Position numbers and translations under genes: made by a program. DNA of 64,000 nt. Origin: Pleurocapsa minor GSE-CHR-MK 17-07R (GTDB lineage Bacteria; Chloroflexota; Anaerolineae; Aggregatilineales; Phototrophicaceae). The stretch spans positions 210,030-274,029 of the forward strand of contig JAHHHY010000006.1 in NCBI GenBank assembly GCA_019359125.1. Direction: 5' to 3'. The notes under the pieces were generated by a model. The model was not told the origin of the DNA and made no database searches. It saw nothing but the letters and a program-made list of their open reading frames with translations. Positions 39,647-48,001 of this stretch are shown piece by piece. How positions within the stretch are numbered: position 1 is the first letter of the stretch; the number at the start of each line of letters is the position of its first letter.

Positions 39647-41107
39647 TCAAATGGCGAGTGCGGTGCGGGCGTCGAGGGCGCCGCTGCCCAGCACCCAGAA
39701 CGCCGTATCATCGGCGCGCATCAGCGTGAAGGTGAGGCGATGGCGCGTCCCCGCCAGATCGACCGTATGCGCCTCGCCCAGCACGCGGTAGTGCGCGCTG
39801 TGCCCGGTGTGCGCTTCGCTGATGGCGATGATGTCCATCAGGCTGACGGCCAGCGCGGACGGGTGATCGCGCAGGTCGAGCGTCACCGATGTCGTGCTGA
39901 GGACAGGATCGCCGCCGCGCCCGACTTCAAAGCGCGCCAGCTCGGCCGCTTCGTCGGCGTCGGCCAGCAGCGGCAGCTCCAGCGACAGGGCGTGCAGGCC
40001 GTAGCGCGTGATCGCCTCCTGGTCTTCATGGCTGACGCGCAGGCGTCCATCGCTGATGACGGGCGTCCCGACGACCTGCGCGCCTGCCTGAATCCAGGCT
40101 GTCACGGCGGACGGATTGCTGAAACTGACGACTGCGCCGGAGGCCAATGTATCGGTGATGCTGCCCGCCACGCTGACCAGTCCGCCGCCTGCTGGCTGTG
40201 TCCGCGCTGTGAACGACAGCATAGCCGCGTCGGCGCAACCCACCGCGTCGCCGTCCTCGTCGCGAAAGGCGATGCGCACGGTCACGGTCGCGCGGGCAGG
40301 GACGCGTAACGGGGTATTTAACGTCCATAACGGTGTATCGTCCGGCCCCAGCCGACGCGGCACACAGGTGATGCTCGCCTGATTGACCGCCGGTGCCTGC
40401 TCCAGCGCCAGCGCGGCCATGTCGTCGGACAGGCTGAGCGCAGGCGTTCCAGACAGCAGCAGCGCATGCCGGTTGACGAAGACCAGCCCGCCAGACCGGT
40501 CGGCGAAGCACAGGCCGCGCTCCGCTGACACTACCTGCGCCAGCACGGCGTCAGCGCGCGCGTCCGGGTCAAACACGGCGTAGCGAAAGGCCGAGATGCC
40601 CGGCTGGGCGTCCAGCGCGATCGGCAGGTCATCGGCGATGCGGGCCAGCCCCAGCACGCCAAAGGCCGACGAGCCGATCACCATACACTGGGACAGGGCG
40701 CGCCGTCGCAGGCCAGACCCGGCCAGCAGCGCCCGCAGAATGGCATCGGCGGGCTGATCCACCAGCGGCGGCAGGTCGGCGCGTGCCCCGGACAGGCCAA
40801 TGTCCGCCGTGCGGGCGATTACTATGGCCTGTCGCCTGCCCTGCGCCCCGGCATCCGGCCGGATGTGCGTCACAAGGCCGGTGAACAGAACCTCGTCGCG
40901 CCCGCCAGACAGCGCGCTGATGCGCATGAAGCGCCCGGCCCACGATGCCCCGCTGACGGCTCCATCGGCATTGTCCAGCGTGAGCGTCGCCTCGCCCGGC
41001 GAAGTCACGCCCAGCTGCCAACTTGCCGACAGCACACGCGCGGTGATGTGTTCGCTGAAGCTATCGTCCTCCGCGCTGTCGATGGCGACGGTGTAAATCG
41101 ATGTCAT
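39647..41107 (-). CDS. Phage tail/hub-like protein (putative)
   Basis: Beta-rich; GEATLTLDNADG, LAQVVSAERGLCFADRSGGLVF; RBS AGGAGG 22 bp after the TerL stop. The family call is an inference. Confidence 0.5.
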   Translation of the reverse strand: MTSIYTVAIDSAEDDSFSEHITARVLSASWQLGVTSPGEATLTLDNADGAVSGASWAGRFMRISALSGGRDEVLFTGLVTHIRPDAGAQGRRQAIVIARTADIGLSGARADLPPLVDQPADAILRALLAGSGLRRRALSQCMVIGSSAFGVLGLARIADDLPIALDAQPGISAFRYAVFDPDARADAVLAQVVSAERGLCFADRSGGLVFVNRHALLLSGTPALSLSDDMAALALEQAPAVNQASITCVPRRLGPDDTPLWTLNTPLRVPARATVTVRIAFRDEDGDAVGCADAAMLSFTARTQPAGGGLVSVAGSITDTLASGAVVSFSNPSAVTAWIQAGAQVVGTPVISDGRLRVSHEDQEAITRYGLHALSLELPLLADADEAAELARFEVGRGGDPVLSTTSVTLDLRDHPSALAVSLMDIIAISEAHTGHSAHYRVLGEAHTVDLAGTRHRLTFTLMRADDTAFWVLGSGALDARTALAI

Positions 41108-41129
41108 CGGCGTATGCCCTCCTGTGCAT

Positions 41130-42338
41130 TTATTCCCAGCCAATCATGCTGTTGCCCCCTGCGCGCACGCCGTGCCACGCCAGCGCCAGGCTGATGACCA
41201 TGTCGTCATGCAGGCCGGGCGGCGCGCTGAAACGCAGTCCTCCCCCGGGCAGGCGCGCCAGGGTGTAGGCGGCCAGCTCGGCCAGCAGCGCGTCCCCGTG
41301 CGCGTCGCCGGGCATGGGCAGGCGGATGTCCCCGCGCTCGATTGCCAGCGCCAGCGCTTCAATCAGCGGCGTCTTGCTGGCGGCGGTCATGCTGAACGGG
41401 CGCACAGGCAGACCCTCTGCCTGAAGCGCCTCGATATTGGCGCCCCCGATGCTGTTTTCCTCGGCCCATACCAGGGCGGGGGCCCAGCGCGCACACAGCG
41501 CCGCGATGCGCCCGCGCTGCAGCGCCCAACCCACTTTGTTGAAGCGGTCGAGCGCGACCACCTCGCGGGTGACGCTGTCGATCAGCGTGAAGACGGTGAA
41601 GTCGTGGCTGCGGCCCCAGTCGATACCGCCGACGTATAAGCGCCCGGCGACCGGCTCGGCATGCAGCGGCGCGGTTGCGGTTTCACGGATGCCCCGGAAA
41701 ACCGCCCCGTCATCATCGATGAATTCGGCCAGATATTCGGCGCGGAACACGCGGTCCTGCGTGACCGCCCGGATGGCGTCGATTTCGGCGCGCGGGATGA
41801 GCGGATTGTCGTAGCTGCTGAACTGGAACGACGCCCAGTCCGGATGCGCCGCGTCCTGACCGAGCTGATACACCTCCCAGAACCAGTTACGGCCGTAGGG
41901 CGTGGACAAAAACAGCGCCGCGCCGCCGCGGTCGGCCAGCATCGGCCGGATGACCTCCGGCCAGGTATCCGGCGTCATGAAGGCGGCCTCGTCCAGCACG
42001 ACGAAATCCAGCCCCGCGCCGCGCAGGTTTTCGGGATGGTGCGCGCTGCGGATGGCGATGAAGCCGCCGTTGGGTAGCTCCAGGCGCATCTCCTGCGTGT
42101 TGACTTCCACGCCGTGCAGGCTGCGACACGCCCGTTTCAGGTCGCGCCACACCTGCGAGGCCATGCGGTAGGTGGGCGACACCCACCACACCGCGCCACC
42201 GCGCAGCGCCGCCTCAAGGCTCGTCCATTTCCCCAGCTCGGTTTTGCCGAAGCGGCGTCCGCAGGCGACGACCCGAAAACGCGCCTTCGACGCCATGATC
42301 TTCCGCTGACCACGGTGGGGCGTCATGGATAGTGCCAT
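41130..42338 (-). CDS. Phage terminase large subunit (Terminase_6 plus RNase H-like nuclease)
   Basis: PHRGQ, CGRRFGKTE (Walker A), LRGAGLDFVVLDEAAF (Walker B), LSTPYGRNWF, GIDWG, HDDMVISLALA. Confidence 0.92.
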   Translation of the reverse strand: MALSMTPHRGQRKIMASKARFRVVACGRRFGKTELGKWTSLEAALRGGAVWWVSPTYRMASQVWRDLKRACRSLHGVEVNTQEMRLELPNGGFIAIRSAHHPENLRGAGLDFVVLDEAAFMTPDTWPEVIRPMLADRGGAALFLSTPYGRNWFWEVYQLGQDAAHPDWASFQFSSYDNPLIPRAEIDAIRAVTQDRVFRAEYLAEFIDDDGAVFRGIRETATAPLHAEPVAGRLYVGGIDWGRSHDFTVFTLIDSVTREVVALDRFNKVGWALQRGRIAALCARWAPALVWAEENSIGGANIEALQAEGLPVRPFSMTAASKTPLIEALALAIERGDIRLPMPGDAHGDALLAELAAYTLARLPGGGLRFSAPPGLHDDMVISLALAWHGVRAGGNSMIGWE

Positions 42339-42561
42339 CGGGATACTGGTATTCGATGCGGACGGCCTGCGTTTCTTCGCTGCTGTCATGCGGCCTCCAG
42401 TCACTCAGGCGGATCAGCCGGTCGATGACCACGCCCAGCGCCGCCGCCCGTTCGCGCAGCGAGGCCTCCTCAATCGCGTCGTCCAGGCCGTCGGCCAGCA
42501 GCTGTGCATTGCGCAGAAGGCGCCCACGCAGGGTGGCCAGCAGGTCATCAGGTTCGTGCAT
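42214..42561 (-). CDS. Small helical protein, positional terminase small subunit candidate
   Basis: RBS AGGAG; helical N-terminus; 3' end overlaps TerL by about 125 bp. Confidence 0.6.
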   Translation of the reverse strand: MHEPDDLLATLRGRLLRNAQLLADGLDDAIEEASLRERAAALGVVIDRLIRLSDWRPHDSSEETQAVRIEYQYPDGTIHDAPPWSAEDHGVEGAFSGRRLRTPLRQNRAGEMDEP

Positions 42562-42840
42562 GGCGGTATCTCCTGGTGTGCGAACGATTTTTGTGGAACA
42601 ACAGGCTATCCCGCGCCTCGCCATACGGCTGCTGGCGGAACACGATTGCGGGCGGGTGGGCCACGGCAGAGAATCGTCCGCGGCGCGGGTCAGCCACGTG
42701 TTTAATTTAGCTCAATTGTTCTAATTTGAGGTGGAAAAACAGTCGGAAATATGGTCAGAAATCTGGAACGTGCCAGGCGCGTGAGGTTTGCGTAGAAGCT
42801 GTTACAATCAGGCGCATGTTTGTCTTTACAGATGTGAGCC

Positions 42841-44217
42841 ATGCCCATGACTGCCAGTCGTTTTGCCAATGAAGCCGAAGCCGTCACCTATATCTTCCGG
42901 TCGATGCGCAAGCTGCACGGCTCGCATCATCGCGGCCCGGATGATGTGACGCGTGACACCCGGCCTACGATTCGCCTGCTGACCGAGCGCGATATGGTGC
43001 GCGAGCCGCGCGAATATGCGGTCGTCACCGGCAGCAAGGGCAAGGGCAGCACGACGGCCATCACGGCCAGCGTATTGCGCCGCATCGGCCACACCGTGGG
43101 CATGATCAGCAGCCCGCATCTGGTGAGCTGGCGCGAGCGCATCCGCGTGAATGGCAGGGCGATCCCGGAGGCGGATTTCTGCCGCATCCTGGGCGACCTG
43201 GCCCCCAGCATCGATGCCATCGAAGACACCCTGACCAACAACCAGTATTTCAGCCCGCAGGGCATCTTTCTGGCCATCGGCTTGCAGTGGTTCGACGAAT
43301 GCCACGTGAATGCGGCGGTGCTGGAAGTGGGGCGCGGCGGCCGCTTTGACGATATCGCCGTGGTGCCCAACAAGGTCAGCCTGTTCACGCCGATCATGCT
43401 GGAGCATCCGCTTCAGCTGGGCCCGACGCTGGAGCGCATCGCCTGGCACAAGGCCGGCATCATCAAGGCACAAAGCTATGCCTACAGCGTGCCGCAGGCG
43501 CATGAGGTGCTGGATGTGCTGCAGCGCGAATGCGATACGCTCGACGCCGAATTTTACTGGTTCCCGCCGATGGAGCTGGGCCAGTATGTGGGCCAGAGTG
43601 AGACCGGCCTGCGCATGACGCTGGGGCGCTATGGCGAGGTGGAGCTGGGCCTGCTGGGGCAGTATCAGATGGGCAACGCCACGCTGGCGGTGCAGGCGGC
43701 GGGCAATATGCATGCGCGCCTGCCCGGCATCGACCACAGCACGCCGGAATATGTGCAGGCGGTGCGCGACGGCCTGAAAAACGTGATCTGGCCGGGGCGC
43801 GTGCAGCTTGTGGAAACCTCGCCCAATGTGTTTCTGGACGGGGCGATCAATGCCGAGAGCGCGGCGCTGTTCGTCAAGAGCATCACGGGCCGCCTGACCG
43901 AACCGGTGATCGCCATCGTGGGCGCGCCCGATGACAAAGATTATGTCGGCGTGTACCGCGAGCTGGGCCGAATCGCCAAAACGCTCATCATCACCGAAAC
44001 AGCGCGCAACCCGACGCTCCAGTTTCCCAGCCAGAAAGATGCGCTGGCGGCCGCGGGCCAGTTCAACAGCGACGTGCGTTATGCGCCAACGCTGGCCGAT
44101 GCTCTGACGCTGGCCAAATCGCTGGCAGGCCGCGACGGCAGCATCGTGATCGCCGGCACACAGTCGATCGTGGCCGATACCGTGAATCACTACGGCCTGA
44201 GCTACGAGCAGATTTAA
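42841..44217 (+). CDS. folC: Folylpolyglutamate synthase/Mur ligase family protein
   Basis: VTGSKGKGST, SPHLVSWRERIR, LEVGRGGRFDD, WPGR, FLDGAIN. Confidence 0.75.
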   Translation: MPMTASRFANEAEAVTYIFRSMRKLHGSHHRGPDDVTRDTRPTIRLLTERDMVREPREYAVVTGSKGKGSTTAITASVLRRIGHTVGMISSPHLVSWRERIRVNGRAIPEADFCRILGDLAPSIDAIEDTLTNNQYFSPQGIFLAIGLQWFDECHVNAAVLEVGRGGRFDDIAVVPNKVSLFTPIMLEHPLQLGPTLERIAWHKAGIIKAQSYAYSVPQAHEVLDVLQRECDTLDAEFYWFPPMELGQYVGQSETGLRMTLGRYGEVELGLLGQYQMGNATLAVQAAGNMHARLPGIDHSTPEYVQAVRDGLKNVIWPGRVQLVETSPNVFLDGAINAESAALFVKSITGRLTEPVIAIVGAPDDKDYVGVYRELGRIAKTLIITETARNPTLQFPSQKDALAAAGQFNSDVRYAPTLADALTLAKSLAGRDGSIVIAGTQSIVADTVNHYGLSYEQI

Positions 44218-44268
44218 GGCGCGTCCTCGCTGGTTGAGAGTGCCTGCAGACTTCAATACAAAGCGCTT

Positions 44269-44341
44269 AACCGCCAAGACGCCAAGTACGCCAAGCAATT
44301 CCTGTGATTCGTATCCTGGCGCTCCTGGCGTCTTGGCGGTT
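44269..44341. repeat. Inverted repeat built of CGCCAAG units
   Basis: AACCGCCAAGACGCCAAGTACGCCAAG ... CCTGGCGCTCCTGGCGTCTTGGCGGTT. Confidence 0.8.
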
Positions 44342-44439
44342 CAATTGATCTTTAAGGTGAGGTCATGGGCGCGTCCTCGCCCCGGCACGCGGTGCGACCA
44401 GGCTGTGGGGAGTGTGTGGGGCATGAGGGGGAAACACGC

Positions 44440-45555
44440 GTGAAGGTGCTCATCGACACCAGCGAGGCCTACCGGAACCACACCGGTATCGGCCGCTTTG
44501 CGCGCCAGCTCATCGGGCACCTGCCGGATGCGCTGCCGCCGGATATGAGCATCAGCTTCAGCCAGCCGGACTATGCAGGGCGGATGCACGCGCACGGCGT
44601 CCGCACGCTGGGCCAGCGCGCCCTGCATTTTGGCCAGCATGTGGCGCAGACGCAGGTGCACATGACGCGCCTGGTGCGCCGTCAGAGGCCGCAACTGGTG
44701 CACTCGCTCAGCTTTTTCACCCCGCTGATGGCCGGGGCTCCCCGTGTCACCACTTTTTTTGACCTCGCCTATATCGACCTGCCCGGCCACACCGACCGCT
44801 TCTGGGGGGCCTATGCGCGCGCGCTGATGCCGACGTTTGCGCGCCGTTCAGACGCCATCGTGACCACCTCGCATGTCATGCGCGGGCGTATCGCCGAGGC
44901 ATTTGGCGTGCCGGGGGAGCGCATCCATGTCGTTTACGGCGGGGTGGAGCCGCGCTTTCGCCCGCTGTCACCGGATCATCCCGATGATGCCGCACGGCTG
45001 GCGCATGCCCGCGCTGCGTATCGCCTGCCGGAGACGTTTTTCCTGTACGTGGGGTCATGGGGACGCAGCAAAGACCTGGGTACGCTGCTGCGTGCGGCCT
45101 CCCGCCTGCACGATGCTGACCTGGTGCTGACCGGCCAGCCGCACAGCGCCGACGAACAGCGCATCGTCGCGCTGGCACAAGAGTTGGGTGTCCGCGCCCA
45201 TTTCATCGGCCACGTGCCCGATGCTGATCTGCCCGCGCTGTACAACCTCAGCCATGCCGTCGTGCTGCCATCGCTGTACGAGGGATTCGGCCTGCCTGTC
45301 ATCGAGGGCATGGCGTGCGGCCGGCCGGTGATCGCGTCAGATATTCCGGTGCTGGCGGAGATCACGGGCGGTGCTGCGCCGCTCTTTCGGGCAGGCGACG
45401 CCGATGCGCTTTTTGACCAACTGGGACATCTGCTCTATGATGCAGATGCACACGCTTCCTGGGCGGGGAAAGCAGCCGCCCATGCCCGGGCATTCACATG
45501 GCCCAGCGTCGCGCATGAGATCGTGACCGTGTGGCAGCACTTCAACGACGACTAA
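44440..45555 (+). CDS. Glycosyltransferase family 4
   Basis: GIGRFAR, LPSLYEGFGLPVIEGMACG. Confidence 0.9.
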   Translation: MKVLIDTSEAYRNHTGIGRFARQLIGHLPDALPPDMSISFSQPDYAGRMHAHGVRTLGQRALHFGQHVAQTQVHMTRLVRRQRPQLVHSLSFFTPLMAGAPRVTTFFDLAYIDLPGHTDRFWGAYARALMPTFARRSDAIVTTSHVMRGRIAEAFGVPGERIHVVYGGVEPRFRPLSPDHPDDAARLAHARAAYRLPETFFLYVGSWGRSKDLGTLLRAASRLHDADLVLTGQPHSADEQRIVALAQELGVRAHFIGHVPDADLPALYNLSHAVVLPSLYEGFGLPVIEGMACGRPVIASDIPVLAEITGGAAPLFRAGDADALFDQLGHLLYDADAHASWAGKAAAHARAFTWPSVAHEIVTVWQHFNDD

Positions 45556-45565
45556 GCGAGGTCGT

Positions 45566-46786
45566 GTGGCAGTACTCCTGACGATAACATCTTACCCGCC
45601 AGCTATCGGCGGGGCACAACTGCATACCCACGCCTTCGCACGAGAGCTTGCTGCCAGCGAGCCGGTGGGTGTGATGTATCACTGGAATACCAACCGCGTG
45701 GACTGGCTGCTGGGCACCACGCTGCACGCGCCCACGCGCCCGGCAGACGACGCACCAGTCGTGACCTATGACGGCATCCCCACGCATCAGCTCATCCTGC
45801 CGCCAGAGTCGCGCGCCGCGCTGCGCTCGTGGGTGCACCTGTACCGTGTGCTTCAGTCGCAGGCCATCGACCATATTTCGGCGGCCATCCTGCGCGAGAT
45901 GGAGGCGCACATCGCCGCGCTGATGCCCGCGCCGCCGACCATCGTCCATAACGTGCGCGTGGGCCGGGAAGGGCTGACCTTCGCCGCGCAGAAATTCGCC
46001 CGCCGCCGCGACATCCCGTTCGTGCTGACGACCAACCATCATCACACCTGGCGCGGCTGGTTCTACCGCGATTACCTGCGCGCCTATCGTGCTGCCGACG
46101 CGGTCATCGCGCACACTGAATACGAGCGGCGCGAACTGGCCCGTCTGGGCGTCGACGAAACGCGCCTGCATGTGCTGGGCGTCGGGCCGATTCTGGCGCC
46201 GACTGCCGACGGGGCGGACTTTAGGGCGCGCATGGGCATCGCGCCAGATGCGCCGCTGCTGCTGTATCTGGGCCAGAAATATGCCTACAAGCGCTTTGAT
46301 CTGCTGGCCCGCGCGATGGAGACGGTGTGGGCGAAAGTGCCGAACGCGGTGGCGCTGTTCATCGGCCCGCGCACGCCATACTCGCGCCAGTTTTTCGCCA
46401 GGCTGCACGACCCGCGCATCATCGAGATCGATATCGTCGACCTGCAAACCAAGACCAACGCGTTGGCGGCCTGCGACGTGCTGGTGATGCCGTCAGCCAA
46501 AGAGAGCTTCGGCGGGGTGTATGTCGAGGCGTGGACGCTGGGCAAGCCGGTCATTGGCGGGGATGCGCCTGCGCTGTCTGAAATCATCCGCGAGGGTGAA
46601 TCCGGCTTCACCGTGGGTGCCGATGCTGACCTGCTGGCGGCGCGTCTGCTGACGCTGATTGGCGATCCGGCGCTGCGCGAGGCGATGGGGCGCGCTGGCC
46701 AGGCCTTTGCGAGGCAGTACACCTGGGACCGGCTGGGCGCGCAGCTAAAAGCAATTTACGACCGCGTGCGCGGCTCGTCGGCATAG
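45566..46786 (+). CDS. Glycosyltransferase family 4
   Basis: PPAIGGAQ, PSAKESFGGVYVEAWTLGKPV. Confidence 0.9.
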   Translation: MAVLLTITSYPPAIGGAQLHTHAFARELAASEPVGVMYHWNTNRVDWLLGTTLHAPTRPADDAPVVTYDGIPTHQLILPPESRAALRSWVHLYRVLQSQAIDHISAAILREMEAHIAALMPAPPTIVHNVRVGREGLTFAAQKFARRRDIPFVLTTNHHHTWRGWFYRDYLRAYRAADAVIAHTEYERRELARLGVDETRLHVLGVGPILAPTADGADFRARMGIAPDAPLLLYLGQKYAYKRFDLLARAMETVWAKVPNAVALFIGPRTPYSRQFFARLHDPRIIEIDIVDLQTKTNALAACDVLVMPSAKESFGGVYVEAWTLGKPVIGGDAPALSEIIREGESGFTVGADADLLAARLLTLIGDPALREAMGRAGQAFARQYTWDRLGAQLKAIYDRVRGSSA

Positions 46787-47976
46787 TGAAAGAGCGCCGC
46801 TTCAAACGCATCGCCCCAGCCAAACTCGGTCATGCGCGGGGCCAGATGCGCAAAAGCGCGTTCACCACAGGCGGCGGCCTGTTCGGGCTGACCGATCCAC
46901 GCCGCCAGCGCCCCGGCCAATGCATGCGCATCTGCTACATCGACCAGCCAGCCTGTCTCACCGTCGACGATCATGTCGGCCGGGCCGCCGCGCTGCGCCG
47001 CGATGCTGGCTTTGCGATACAGTGCAGCCTCGGCCACCGGCAGCCCCAGCGGCTCGGCCAGCGCCGGATACAACGCAAACGCGCACGAGGCATAGAGCTC
47101 GGCGCGTTTTTCCCGCGACACATAGCCTGTGAACGAGACGGTGTCCGCAAGGCCGAGCGCCCGCGCCTGATTTTCCAGCGCCGGGCGTGCCTCGCCATCG
47201 CCCATGATGACGACCTTCCAGCCGGACAGCGCACCGTCATCGGCCAGCCGTTTGACCGCCCGCAGCGCGTGATCGACACCTTTGATCGGCTCCAGCCGCG
47301 TCGGAATCAGGATGAACGGGTCGCGCCCGATGTCGGTCTGTGGGGAAACAGGCATGTCCAGCGGCGCCCAGGTGGTGTGGATGTGCCCGGCCAGCGCCGG
47401 ATACACCTGCGCGCACTTTTCGCTGATATACGGGCTGTTGGTCAGGATGGCGCGCATGCCCCGCGCTGCCTGCTGATCGAGCAGGCGCTGAAGGGCGGCC
47501 CGTGCGCCAAACGGCAGCAGCAGATGCGGATCGCGAAGCAGGCTGGACAGCCTGAGCCCGCGATAGCCATGCGGGCCGAAGCCGGGCGCGTCGGCGTACA
47601 TGACCCCCGGATACAGGTTGCGTTTGGGCTCCAGGCACAGCCAGATGCGCGGCTGTGCGCAGCGTATGACCCATGCGCTGGCCGGGAAATTAATCGGCAC
47701 GATCAGGTCTGCCTCGCGCAGCAAAGCGGGCATGCGCCGCATCAGTCGCATCAGCTCCAGCGGATTGGCGTAGAACCCACGCCCGCCCACCGTGATGACG
47801 CTGAACGGCAGCGTCGCCTGTGCGGGAAACAGCGCCTCGTCGTATGATGACGTGTACAGCGTGACGGTGTGGCCGCGCCGGGCCAGCGCGCTGCACGCTG
47901 CTATACTATGATTTTCCGCGCCGCCGGCCTGCCCGAACGACGGATACACGACTGCCAGGCGCAGCGCACGCTTCAT
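46756..47976 (-). CDS. Glycosyltransferase family 4 (Alg2-like)
   Basis: GGAEN, RLEPIKG, EPLGLPVAEA; 31-bp convergent overlap with the previous gene. Confidence 0.85.
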   Translation of the reverse strand: MKRALRLAVVYPSFGQAGGAENHSIAACSALARRGHTVTLYTSSYDEALFPAQATLPFSVITVGGRGFYANPLELMRLMRRMPALLREADLIVPINFPASAWVIRCAQPRIWLCLEPKRNLYPGVMYADAPGFGPHGYRGLRLSSLLRDPHLLLPFGARAALQRLLDQQAARGMRAILTNSPYISEKCAQVYPALAGHIHTTWAPLDMPVSPQTDIGRDPFILIPTRLEPIKGVDHALRAVKRLADDGALSGWKVVIMGDGEARPALENQARALGLADTVSFTGYVSREKRAELYASCAFALYPALAEPLGLPVAEAALYRKASIAAQRGGPADMIVDGETGWLVDVADAHALAGALAAWIGQPEQAAACGERAFAHLAPRMTEFGWGDAFEAALFHYADEPRTRS

Positions 47977-48001
47977 CGAAACCGACCTGTACAGGGATGC
48001 C

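Noticed and set aside
39487-39711. Small ORF reading ITQHSALSTQH across the heptamer tract
   Set aside because: Translation of the 7-bp tandem repeat; no RBS, and it overlaps real genes.
39044-42561. Complete prophage
   Set aside because: Only four genes; no head, integration, replication or lysis modules and no att sites.
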